DNA of 63,848 bases, counting the filler, from Globobulimina sp. (lineage: Eukaryota): NCBI GenBank assembly GCA_003354225.1. It is 28 parts of 28 records of this genome, joined end to end, with 100 filler letters (N's around TTAATTAATTAA, not from the genome) between each part and the next. Parts side by side here need not be neighbours in the genome. Positions count along the whole stretch, not along the records: positions 1 to 2,186 come from PIVH01008342.1; positions 2,287 to 4,471 come from PIVH01008343.1; positions 4,572 to 6,756 come from PIVH01008344.1; positions 6,857 to 9,041 come from PIVH01008345.1; positions 9,142 to 11,326 come from PIVH01008346.1; 23 more parts are not named here. The stretch is one strand, 5' to 3'. Under the pieces are notes generated by a model. The model searched no databases. It had not been told where the DNA came from and was given only the letters and a program-made list of their open reading frames with translations. Every line of letters begins with the position of its first letter. The first letter of the stretch is position 1. The translations under genes were made by a program, and so were the position numbers. This document shows, one piece after another, positions 1 to 11,117 of this stretch.

Positions 1-21
1 AATTATTAGCTAGATGTATCT

Positions 22-961
22 TCATCGCCCGCTTCCAATCACTCGATACAAAATCTTTCTTTCCCCTGGTAAAAAACCGCGTTTCATTTGGTCAGACTGT
101 AAAGATTGCTATATTTTAATTAACACAAGTAATAAATAGTTATTTTACCTGAGGAACACCGATACTGCTGTCAACCCAAAGATAGAAATAATTACAACCC
201 TCTCGTCGACTGTCTTCTTGAGCCATGTCATATGCATTTTTCACTAAATTATGTTTAGATCGAGTAGCTCCAAACAACTCGCTATTAAGAGTTTTCAAGT
301 AGTATTGATCACGCGATAATGAGAATAAGAAGAGCTGGCTGCAGTTTCGACGTATTGTTATCTAAACAATAAATACCCAACTGTTATAATGCACTGTAAT
401 TTCATATTACATACCCATACTCTCGATCTTGAAGACGTCATATTTTGGGTTAGGATAAACAAAACTATTCTTTGATGGTGACATCGTGCAATGGCACACT
501 CAAGTATCAATTCATTATCTACATAATTACCGACATTTGCGTCATCCAGCTGAAAATGAAAACTGAAGTATAAACGAGCGAGACACAATATATGTAAGCA
601 AATACCAGTATGACACAAACACCATCTTTTGAGTCGCCAATCATAGCCGGGGATAGCATTTCATTGGTTAACTCTTTTGATAGAATACATAATTCATCTC
701 CGTACTGCTTCTTTAATTGAACATGGACCTCTTGTAATGTATTATATATAATAATAATTTTGCGCAGTGGGTCATTTGGATAAATGTCGCTCCACTGTCG
801 AAGTAACTGTAAAAGTGGACTTTAATTCGTGTCTGACAAGTAATAAAACATTATACCGAGAAGGCGAAATGGGTTTTGCCACTTTGGCTTATTCCTGCCA
901 AGATGCTGGCATAACAAAGAGGTGGATACCAATTAATTTCTTCAAACTTTTCTATTGACAT
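22..961 (-). CDS. FtsK/A32-like genome-packaging ATPase (Polinton type), 5 exons, about 242-246 aa
   Basis: Manual splice: exons 961-857, 806-606, 549-415, 361-149, 96(or 108)-22. GT-AG introns 856-807, 605-550, 414-362, 148-97(or 109). Yields Walker A ILAGISQSGKT, Walker B VCVIL|LDD, then CHHQRIVLFILTQN, TIRRNCSQLFLFSLSRD, YLWVD and GFLPGERKILY, the Polinton ATPase motif series, with no internal stops. Confidence 0.88.
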
Positions 962-963
962 TA

Positions 964-1524
964 TTACTGTATACCATCACAATATAATAAGCGATCACTA
1001 CGAAGAAACTTAAAGTGTTTTTTAATATAATGAAACACTTTATAATCGTTACCAAACTTGTCATCTGTATTAAACTCAGAAGTTATTTCAGTCAGTGTTC
1101 TATTTTGACATAGTAACAGAGCGACAATAATCGAATATCCTCCACATACACACGAATTTGAGTTCTGGTAGACCAAATAATTACTTTCGACTGAAGTTGT
1201 GGATGTTAATCGAAAGACGGACTTCAATATTTGATTATCTTTTGTGCTGAAAAATTGAAATCCCAGAGAATCAAATACAGTACAACGAAAGTTATTGTTT
1301 TCTCTCTTTTTCCAAAATAGCAATATGAAATGACCAACGATAGGTTTACCAACTGGTTTATCACCTGATTCTGTCAAAAGTACCACAGTAATATTTATAA
1401 GTTTATTTTTATCGAATTTGTATTTTACAAAATCAAGTAAATCAGATATTTCAACACATCCAAGAAAATATTGATTTGTACAAGAATTTTTAGTTAGAAT
1501 AAAATCAATTTCGCTGAAATCCAT
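964..1524 (-). CDS. Adenain-like (clan CE) cysteine maturation protease
   Basis: 186-aa uninterrupted ORF with GHFIL (His), VFDSLG (Asp) and YQNSNSCVCGGY (Gln oxyanion, catalytic Cys), as in Polinton PRO. Confidence 0.9.
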   Translation of the reverse strand: MDFSEIDFILTKNSCTNQYFLGCVEISDLLDFVKYKFDKNKLINITVVLLTESGDKPVGKPIVGHFILLFWKKRENNNFRCTVFDSLGFQFFSTKDNQILKSVFRLTSTTSVESNYLVYQNSNSCVCGGYSIIVALLLCQNRTLTEITSEFNTDDKFGNDYKVFHYIKKHFKFLRSDRLLYCDGIQ

Positions 1525-1527
1525 TTC

Positions 1528-2186
1528 CTATCCATTGACCGAATAATCCAACTCGGGAGTGAAGTTACTGTTGAAGTAGACAGTCGAATTATATTTCTAA
1601 AGAGAACACAGATAAGTATAATTTCGCAACATTATGAAATATGTCTGACATCATTCTCTGCAACTTACAAATATCCAAATGAATGTTGTTGGCAAAGCAA
1701 GGGCTTGCTTCAATTGAACATGAGCTCGCAAGCTACCACTCATGGGTGCTGAATGTACTTGCTTTGGTTGATTAACATAGACACGATGCAGTGAGAATGC
1801 AATGATACCATAACCATGGAACAAATCGTCCATTGAAATACCATTGGACCTATCTGAATTCCACATACCACAAGCTTTTTGAAGCTCAAAAAATTCTTGA
1901 TATGCCTTTCGAGCTGTAGCATCTGGATTAAGCCCAAGTTCTGATGGAAATGCCCTTCCCTCGGTCAGTAGTTTAGCATTTCCAACCATACTTAGATCGA
2001 ATCTGAAATTATTAAATTGTAATCAACAAACTATAGTTACTCACAATTAAAAATTGCATACTCGAATGGAGACAATGCCAAATTTCCATTATAGCGATCA
2101 GTCGATACGATCATCAAATATACCGCATGCGGTAATACGGTTTGTATAGGTAATAAATTCAGATCGACCACTTGAGTCCCTGGTAG
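1528..2186 (-). CDS. Polinton-type double jelly-roll major capsid protein, C-terminal part, 2 introns (5' truncated)
   Basis: Exons 2186-2041 (VLPHAVYLMIVSTDRYNGNLALSPFEYAIFN), 2002-1669 (NGISMDDLFHGYGIIAFSL...GSLRAHVQLKQAL) and 1596-1528 (KYNSTVYFNSNFTPELDYSVNG*). Introns 2040-2003 (GTAACT..TTTCAG, less certain) and 1668-1597 (GTAAGT..TTTAG, contains an in-frame TGA). Confidence 0.8.
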
Positions 2187-2286
2187 NNNNNNNNNNNNNN
2201 NNNNNNNNNNNNNNNNNNNNNNNNNNNNNNTTAATTAATTAANNNNNNNNNNNNNNNNNNNNNNNNNNNNNNNNNNNNNNNNNNNN
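2187..2286. other. Artificial contig linker N44-TTAATTAATTAA-N44 (first of 27, recurring about every 2.28 kb up to 61567-61666)
   Basis: Identical 100-bp spacer giving stop codons in all six frames; flanking contigs decrease monotonically in length. Confidence 0.99.
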
Positions 2287-2902
2287 ACAAATTATATGAT
2301 TATAAAATCAATTCTGGACACAGAATAATTATAAGGCCATACAGTCAATGTTTGAACCACGTGGTTTGAACAAAAGATGAAAGAAAAGAAAAATAATATT
2401 TCATAATAACAAGAATAGAAACAATAAGAAAAGAAATGTAAATAATAATATTTTGCCTGCATTACTAGTACTTTTATGATATTATTAAATCAATTACTTA
2501 GTACTGATTTGGATATCGATAATTGTGGTGATTGTCAGGACCTAATAAATCCAGCACAAAATCAAGGAGATAGACTTATGGTTGGTCGCCATGCTCACGA
2601 ACTATTAATTTACAGATAAATTACAAAAGTTTTTTTTTCTTTAATTATCAAAGCGTTCATTGAGGAAATGAACTAAAAGCAAAAACTCTATTATATATTT
2701 TGAGAATTAGAATGCAAATAAATTCAATACGCGTATTGATCAAACAACGATGGAGATCAAGAAACGATATGTTGTTGGATGTCGTCACATATTTAATGGT
2801 TATCTCTGTTTTACTCTCAGCATTGGTGACTTTATTAGATTGGTTCGTTAAAACAGCCGCTGGCTCTTTCTTATATCCAAAACTGAATACAATACATTCT
2901 CT

Positions 2903-4296
2903 ATGTACTTTATTATAATGTTTATCATCTGCGATTTCGTATTTGTATTCTTGTTCGATGACACCGACATTAACATAATTAATAACAATCAACACCAGCT
3001 AGAAAATGACAATGATGATTCAGATACTCGCTCATCAATGGATCGACGGTCCAAAATGTCAAGTGTCCAATCAATGAAATATTCAATCTCGCATCCAAAG
3101 GAAACATTGCAATCAATGACCAAGGAAGAGCTTACTTTGATATTTCTTATATTTGTGTCCTATGTAATGCGCTGCAGCCAATATAGCAATAATACCAATG
3201 CATACACAATCATTCACGACATTGGTTATGGAATTGTTCGCTTTTTGACATTTCTTCATATCAATGACTATTATGGGATACGTCCGTATTTATTATCTCT
3301 TTCATTCTTACTATTTCTGCTTCGTGATATTGTGGGATTTTTATATGTTATCACCATTGATGCTCAATTACATTCTATAAACGAAGCATCATTGTTGGTC
3401 ATATTAGTTAATTTTACTACGGATTTCTATTTATTCCACAAAATATTGGCACGGCTAATTTATCCACAGGTGAACGTGTATCATAATGCAATATTAAAAT
3501 TTGAACACAATCATAAAAACATTGATGTGTTTTCTCGTTTTGGAGCTATTGTCGACCGGCCAGTAATTCCATGCTGTTTTGATATCCGATTTGAAAAAAT
3601 AATGGATGTGATTAATTTAATTATTTCTGCATTAAATGTAGTAATTTCGCTATGTTTGATATATTTTACGTTTGATAAAAGATATAGGAAATCATTTTAT
3701 TATTATTCAATGTTAAATTATTTTGCTGTTTCATTCATTGTGCAAAGCTTTCTGATGAAATTCATAAAAACAGGTCAAAATAAAACATTTTCGGCATTTA
3801 AAATCTGGAATATATTGTTTTATTTGAGCGTTTTTCGCTTTTTTAGTTTATCAAAAGATGTTTGGTTTATTTGGGTGAATATTTTGAATAGTTTGTTGTT
3901 TGTAGATTTGGTGATCTTTATTGGAGAACTCAATCATTATAAAAATGATTGGATCAGTAAATTGAGGATATTTGGATGGTTTGATATTACTATGAGGGTT
4001 TAAGTGGACTGCAAGACACTTTGTATGGATCGCAAGCAAATGGATGGAGTGTAATGCTATGGAATTTCGGATTGTTTTTTGAGCAAAATACATATTTTAC
4101 AGTTATCAAATTAGTGATTTTTAAATATATTTGGTGGGATAAGGATCAATTTAGGTTTAAGGATATTATTACATATCAAAAGGAGAAACGCGATAAAACA
4201 AATAATTATGGTGTTAGTGTTGAAGTTGTATGGGAAAAAAAAGCTACACAAAGCGACAATGATGATGATGGACAACATAATGTTAACAACAGCTAA
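2903..4296 (+). CDS. Uncharacterised multi-pass membrane protein, probably frameshifted near 3985-4003
   Basis: Several hydrophobic segments in 2903-4003. Reading continues in another frame (YEGLSGLQDTLYGSQANGW..) into ORF 4021-4296. Confidence 0.45.
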
Positions 4297-4608
4297 TACA
4301 TAACGTACGTTATAAATCATTGTGAGTGTAACCGAAAAATTGCTTTTTTTTCTTGAGCATCAAAGCATGTCTGATTATTATCCACGAGAACAGCATGAAT
4401 ATTTAGATAATAAAACATTTTGTATAGTAAATGGTTTTATTCGCGAAGCACAGTATTCCATAATACATCGCNNNNNNNNNNNNNNNNNNNNNNNNNNNNN
4501 NNNNNNNNNNNNNNNTTAATTAATTAANNNNNNNNNNNNNNNNNNNNNNNNNNNNNNNNNNNNNNNNNNNNGCACGAAAACTTTATTAAAACGGAAACAA
4601 AACCAACA

Positions 4609-6753
4609 GTGAGAATGGATGAGTTATATGATGGATTCGACGACATGAATGATGAAAACACAATAAATACAATGAATACAACAATCAGCACATCATTTAC
4701 TATGAACGATTCAATTCGTCCAATGACATCAAATAAATCTGCTGGATATTCATCACAAACAAAAAAAAAATCAAATTTGAATATTTATCAACAAGACAAA
4801 AAAACACATAATGTCGCATTGAATAATAATAATAAAAACAGTTTATCTGAAAAGGCTGAAACAATGGAAAAAAATGTAAATAAATTCTTGCGAGAAAGTA
4901 TATCTTATTCATCCTGCGGCGATTATAACAATGCATTGGATTTGGCATTAAAATGTCGGAAAAAAGAGCATGAAATAATTATATTTCTCGAGAAGCACAA
5001 TTTAGAGGATAATATAAATCAAGATTTGCGATTTTCTGTATTATTTAATTTGGGATATATTTATGAATTAAAACAAATGTATTCGGAATCGTTAAATATT
5101 TATAACGAGATAGTTTGCAGCAATCTCAACAAGACCAAAATAAGAATTAATATGGGAAATATTTATTATCAACAAAACAAATATGATTTGGCCATAAAAA
5201 TGTATCGAATGAGTTTGGATGAAATTGGCGATTTAAATTATAAATTAAAAATAAATATTCTGCGAAATATCGGCAATTCGTTTGTTAAATTAGGTCAATT
5301 TGTGGAAGCAATCCAATCTTTTGAAAATATCATCGATATTAATATGGATGCGGGCGGCGTTGGTGATATTGACGCTATTTTTAATTTGATTATATCTTAT
5401 TACATATTAGGTGACATAGAGAAAATAAAAAAGGGATTTCTTCAATTATTAAATTGTTATGATAATGTACAAAATAATAATAATAATAATATAGATGATG
5501 AATATGCAATATATATTGTAAAAAAACAATGTGTTTTAAACAATTATATAAAACAAAGTGCCCAATTAATTGCTAAAGCGATCGAGAATAATAATGATGA
5601 ATACAGTGGTTATGATTGGTTGCTCCATCAAATAAAAGACAAAAACATTAATATAAATATCAAGAATATTATCTTACAGTTAAAGAGTATCGCATATTTT
5701 AAAGATAATAAGTTTTCTTTAGGAATTAATAATTGTATTAACAATAATAATAATAATAATTTATCGTTTATTAAATTTTTATGTAATGACTTTGCGGAAT
5801 CTGATAAATTTGCATCGTCAGCAATAATAAGTGATCGATATAATGCATTGTCGTTAGTGAATCGCGCAAATTGTTTGTATGTATTTGGCGAATATGAATC
5901 AGCAAAAGAAATGTATTTAGAAGCAATTGGCGTGGAGGCGGATTGCATGGAAGCAATCTATAATTTAGGTTTAATTTGTAAGAAAATTGGTAATTATAAT
6001 GATGCATTACAAGCGTTTAAGAAATTAAATAAAAGTTTGTATCATAACCCACAAATCTTGTATCAAATAAGTAATTTGTACGAGTTATTGAATGAGTATG
6101 AAACAGCTATTAAATGGTACAAAATATTACATTCTGTAATACCAAATGACTCGAATGTGTTAATAAAATTAGCAAATTTATATAAAATACATTTAAAAGA
6201 TGAGAATATTGTCTTTCATAATTATTTAGATTCCTATAAATTATATAAATGTAATATAAATATTATATCATGGCTAGGCATTTGGTATATTAATAATTCC
6301 TTATTTGAAAATGCGATAAATATATTTGACAATGCATTTGTAATACAACCAAAACAAATAAAATGGAAATTTATGATTGCTTCTTGTTATCGCAGAATGA
6401 GAAATTTCCAAAAATCAATCCAAATCTATCAATCCATACTGAATGATAATGATTCTGATCATAACACCGACATAAATATTACACAAAAATGTTTGCAATA
6501 TTTATGTACAATCATGAAACAAATAAATCATCCGCAATTAAATAAATATCAAATCAAATTGCAGCAAATACAAGAGATACAACATCAAGACATGGAACAG
6601 CAAGCGGTGGAACAAGGGGCGGAACAACCAATGCAACACCAACAAGAACGAGAACAAGAACAACCAATCGGAAATCAACCTGATAATGATGACGACATTG
6701 ACAATAACAATTGGAATGATATTCATATTGACGATGAGTTACTACCATCTTAA
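4609..6753 (+). CDS. IFT88: Intraflagellar transport protein 88 (TPR protein), probably 5' partial
   Basis: TPR arrays with IFT88 signatures INMGNIY..AIKMYRMSLD, DRYNALSLVNRANC, EAIGVEADCMEAIYNLGL and KWKFMIASCYRR. Confidence 0.92.
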   Translation: MRMDELYDGFDDMNDENTINTMNTTISTSFTMNDSIRPMTSNKSAGYSSQTKKKSNLNIYQQDKKTHNVALNNNNKNSLSEKAETMEKNVNKFLRESISYSSCGDYNNALDLALKCRKKEHEIIIFLEKHNLEDNINQDLRFSVLFNLGYIYELKQMYSESLNIYNEIVCSNLNKTKIRINMGNIYYQQNKYDLAIKMYRMSLDEIGDLNYKLKINILRNIGNSFVKLGQFVEAIQSFENIIDINMDAGGVGDIDAIFNLIISYYILGDIEKIKKGFLQLLNCYDNVQNNNNNNIDDEYAIYIVKKQCVLNNYIKQSAQLIAKAIENNNDEYSGYDWLLHQIKDKNININIKNIILQLKSIAYFKDNKFSLGINNCINNNNNNNLSFIKFLCNDFAESDKFASSAIISDRYNALSLVNRANCLYVFGEYESAKEMYLEAIGVEADCMEAIYNLGLICKKIGNYNDALQAFKKLNKSLYHNPQILYQISNLYELLNEYETAIKWYKILHSVIPNDSNVLIKLANLYKIHLKDENIVFHNYLDSYKLYKCNINIISWLGIWYINNSLFENAINIFDNAFVIQPKQIKWKFMIASCYRRMRNFQKSIQIYQSILNDNDSDHNTDINITQKCLQYLCTIMKQINHPQLNKYQIKLQQIQEIQHQDMEQQAVEQGAEQPMQHQQEREQEQPIGNQPDNDDDIDNNNWNDIHIDDELLPS

Positions 6754-6856
6754 ATGNNNNNNNNNNNNNNNNNNNNNNNNNNNNNNNNNNNNNNNNNNNN
6801 TTAATTAATTAANNNNNNNNNNNNNNNNNNNNNNNNNNNNNNNNNNNNNNNNNNNN

Positions 6857-7655
6857 TGATGAATGGATTGTAAAACAATTAATCCCTAAATTTAAGTTAT
6901 TGAAGTCATGTAATAGAGATCGCAGTTTTATGATAATTGGAGCAGGACCAGCGCCCAGTGTTAATTTAATGGTTGATTACTTTGATGAATTGACATTAAT
7001 AGAACCAAATCAATTATTTATTGATAAATGGAAATCAAGTTTGTGGTGGGATAAATGTACTAAATTGCATAAAAAAATCATTATAATCAATGCATGCTTT
7101 GAAGACTTATGGTTTTCACCGCATAAATATGCATCAATATTACAGTTTAATTGTATGGATGTTATACTATCAACACACGCGGCTTATTATTTTCCACTTA
7201 AATATATGTCTAATATTTTATCATTTATGTTATCATTATTAAAACAGGAAAATGGTGTTTTATCCATTGGTTTAGCTGACGATGAATTGGATCTTTCCGT
7301 GCAAATGTTGAAACAAATACGGCCACATCATTCATGCTCAAAAGTAATTGAAAATGTTCTTGATCATAAATTGAATATAAAATATGTCAAATTAGTCGAA
7401 TTTGCAGAGCTTGAAATGAGTTTACATGATGTAATTGCCACACTTACGTTCTTTGTTTCAGAAGGGGCTTTTAATGAAAATTGGTTCCCGGCTGATACTT
7501 TTGATGAAGATAATGATAAAAAAAAAATTGATAATATCATTTCAAGCTATGTCAGTAGGAAATTAAAGAAAAGAGAAAGTGGATTGTATACTTATTCAAA
7601 TTGCACAGCACATTATTTGATTCAAACAAAGAACAATTTGGCATCTAAATTGTAA
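6857..7655 (+). CDS. Class I SAM-dependent methyltransferase-like protein with C-terminal SKL (PTS1), 5' partial
   Basis: IIGAG motif I, LIEPN, DVILSTHAAYY and LLKQENGVL; ends in ASKL*. Confidence 0.6.
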
Positions 7656-7885
7656 ACAACATAATTATTAATAATACCCGATACATATACATATACAGTG
7701 GTTCATATATCTTATTGTCCACATTCTGAATATATACACATACAAATGTACAGTTAACAATAATAGCCATTTAGAACAATTTTGTATATATTTAAAATGT
7801 GGCCAATAAGAGATGAACCATTGACGTACTGTTGTTCAAATCAAAAAAACATTTTTAAGCAAAGCACATTAGCAAAGCAAAAACA

Positions 7886-9041
7886 ATGACAGTGGATGAG
7901 TACAAACAAACAGAAGAGGGCGCAAATGCAATTACCGCATTAATAATCTTCATCTTATTATTAACATTAACCATCGTACATGGATGTAAAATGTACTCTG
8001 ATTTTTTTACAGTCGAACGCAAAGTATTAGATTATCGAAGATCAAAACCAAAAACAACCCGAGAATATAAACGAATGTCTTATTTAACGTTCGTAGCGGT
8101 TTTATTTTTTTTATTAATAGTAATCCCAGAAGTGATTCAATATAATTTTACGACCGGTAATTGTAAAGCAATGCTTGTAGCTCAATTACTTGATAAAATT
8201 GGCTATTTTGGTTCTAAATGTACATTATATTTAATTTTTATTCTTCGATTACATGACGTTTATGGTAAATCTGCGTATGGCTACAATGCAAAACGCTTAA
8301 AATGTATTGCTGTCACCATAATAATAGTTTGCATTGCTTTGTTATGCTTAACGCAAGCGTCTGTCTTTAGTTTCCCCGCTTATACGGACGGTACCGATGG
8401 TTCGTGGCCCTATTTTTGCCAAATATTGCCGCAAGAACCATATATTTTTTATGTAGCAGCGCCCAGCGCATTATTTGATTTTATTTTATGTATTGGCGCA
8501 ATGATTGCATTTGTTATCCCATTAAACAAAGTGGTGAAAGCAGCTGAAGCATACAACGATGAATCGCCAGAACGAGGGAGGAAAGTAACAAATAAACGAT
8601 TTCAAAAGATGATATATACGGGTTATAAATATAAAGTTCTTGTAATGGTCTCTGCCTTCAGCACCTTACTTTGGTTGGTATTATTAATGGGTGGCTTAAA
8701 TGGCATCGCTACGGTTCTTGCCATTATTGATTTCTTTGTCAATCCATTATGTTTAGTCTTAATGACACCGTATTATCCCTCGGACAGATATTATGAACGA
8801 TTGTGCATTGTTTGTATTTGTTGTTGCGATCCGCGAAAAAATTCATATTACAGTCATGCCACGGATAAACACCAAGAACTACAGGAACAAGATATTGATT
8901 CGACGGTTGCTAAAACCGAACAAGAAACAACAACACAAACTGGCACAAATTATGGCGTGTCAGTTGATACCGACATGGCACTTAAAACTAAGTTACCTTC
9001 AGATTATAATAATTATGACAAGAATGTCGAAAATAACTTAG
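7886..9041 (+). CDS. 7TM/GPCR-like membrane protein (3' truncated)
   Basis: About seven hydrophobic helices, LRL motif after TM3, Cys cluster (CIVCICCCD) after TM7. Confidence 0.6.
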
Positions 9042-9467
9042 NNNNNNNNNNNNNNNNNNNNNNNNNNNNNNNNNNNNNNNNNNNNTTAATTAATTAANNN
9101 NNNNNNNNNNNNNNNNNNNNNNNNNNNNNNNNNNNNNNNNNATTACAATTTAATATAATTTCTTGTAAGTAATACGAAATTAACGTAACTGTTCAAATAA
9201 TGTTGAAATGGCTGAAGGTTAGAGTTTTTTTCCTACACTTCAGTTTTCGTCATCTTTCAAACATGTGTACGAAAGATTTAAGCATTGTACACCCAGATAA
9301 AGCCCGTAAACTGAATATTGGTCATCATAGCAGTCCCATTTTTGGTTTAACGCCCGGATACGGCAAAGGAAAAACACCATTATGGAACACGTTTGAGAGG
9401 TTTGTATACGCGTCTTTTCATCCATATTAATATACATGTAACTAATGCAGTAATTACCTAACTTAGC

Positions 9468-11117
9468 ATGGAAATAGATTTTGACATTGGTGATTTATCA
9501 GACGATGAAGACGAATTTTTCGTGATTACAAAACCACCGCACTTCGATGTAATGGATGATGAAGACGACGATTTTAAAATACTTCAAGATTACAACAACT
9601 ATGCAGTGGATGAAGCTGATTTTCATACCATTGACGATGACAAAAAACAGCCACAATTAAAGCAAAAAAAACAAACCATGGGCAGGTCATCAGTACCACC
9701 ATCGGCAATGTTAAGTATTGGAGCGAGCAGCGATGAAAAAGCCGTCATAGAAACACCAAAAATGAAGTGTTCAGCCTCCGAATTAGCACCGACGAAAAGC
9801 ACATCCGTATCATCGCGTACATCATTAACCAGATGCAATTCTGTACCAATACGCAAGATGAAATATTACGAAATCAATGGTCTGACCATTTGGAGCAATC
9901 ATAAACGCGATTTAGAAGAATTATATCTGAAAGAAGCCATTTCAAAACAACATAAAAACGCTAAACGAAAATCCAAAAAGCAAATTAAATTTAAAGACAT
10001 GGATATGGAAGAAAGTGATCTTAAATGCACAGCAAATTCCGACGAAAAGGATGATAATTTACGGAGATATTTAATTGGCGAAATTATAGAAACGGAGGAA
10101 ACCTATGTCCGCGGACTAAATACATTGTTGAATGAATTCATCATTCCTCTGTTCGATAAGAAATTAATTAAACACAAATATAAAGACATTCTCACGTGCA
10201 ATATCCCGGAAATTATCAAATTCCATACTTCTTTTTTACAGCATTTAATCAATACCAGTTCACAGCGATCGTTTGAGACTGTTTTTTATGAGTGATGTAC
10301 TAACGAATTTGTGGAAATGTACACAAAATATATTCTGCAATATGACAATATGTTGGATATTTATGCCAAATACAACAAATCAAAAAAGTTGCAGAAATTT
10401 TTTAAAAACAAACGCAAAGAAAAGAAGCCGTTGACCAATCATTTAATTTTACCCATTCAGAGAGTGACTCGCTATTTGATATTATTGGAGGAGCTGAAAA
10501 AGAAAACGGTGGAAACGCATCGGAGCTATACGGAGTTGGAGAGCGTGTTGGAGAAAATTGAAGTGACCGTCAATATGATCAATGAGAGACAGCGCGAAAT
10601 TGAAAATATGTCCCAATGCTTGCAAGTGCAAGAAACTATGAATGGATTGAACCGGAACATTGTGGAGCGACATAGGAAGTTATTGGCACAGTTTGTGTTT
10701 AGAAAGAAGGAGAATCAGAGAGGGAGACAGTTCTTTTTGTTTAATGATTTGTTGATTATTACCAATTTGAAATTAAAAGTAAAGAGTGTGATTGAAATAC
10801 GCACGATTGAGATAAAAAAAATAAAAGAGAGGAATGCGTTTCATTTATTTTCGATTAATCATGAAGCCATTTATGAGACGGATGATGGGAAAAGCGAGGA
10901 TCTACGAGATTTGATTCGGTTGCTTGAGGATAATCGGCAGAGAATACATAAGGAATCCTTGAAGTCTGTGGGTCTGTGTCCAGCCGATATCGCGGCTTTG
11001 TTGACTGGAAAATATTCGTTCTCGCAGGGGAACTTAGCTCGGAAACAGATTGATGTCCAAAAAAAAAGAGCATCATTGCCGTTAAAGGTTTCGTCGAGTA
11101 ATAATGATATTGTTTAA
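9468..11117 (+). CDS. Dbl-family RhoGEF (DH-PH) with one in-frame TGA at 10293-10295
   Basis: RRYLIGEIIETEETYV, LILPIQRVTRYLILLEEL and PH-type RQFFLFNDLLI. The two listed ORFs share one frame: FYE*CTNEFVEMY. Confidence 0.85.

Larger units (their letters stand above)
1..2186 (-). mobile_element. Polinton/Maverick (adintovirus-like) element fragment: virion morphogenesis module MCP-PRO-ATPase, intron-containing
   Basis: Three co-oriented hallmark genes separated by 3 bp and 2 bp. No TIR, pPolB or integrase within this 2.2-kb contig. Confidence 0.88.

Noticed and set aside
358-618. 86-aa ORF as a standalone gene
   Set aside because: It is ATPase exon 3 plus flanking intron sequence.
2231-2242. 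Regularly spaced TTAATTAATTAA as a CRISPR or biological repeat
   Set aside because: Always centred in a fixed N-run; it is an artificial six-frame-stop linker.
10293-10295. Genome-wide TGA or TAA reassignment
   Set aside because: TGA and TAA act as normal terminators elsewhere (26832-26834, 60843-60845, 6751-6753), and long conserved ORFs contain no in-frame stops.
10292-10320. Micro-intron (GT..TACTAAC) removing the RhoGEF TGA
   Set aside because: No AG acceptor near the branch-like motif, and the DH alignment needs these residues.
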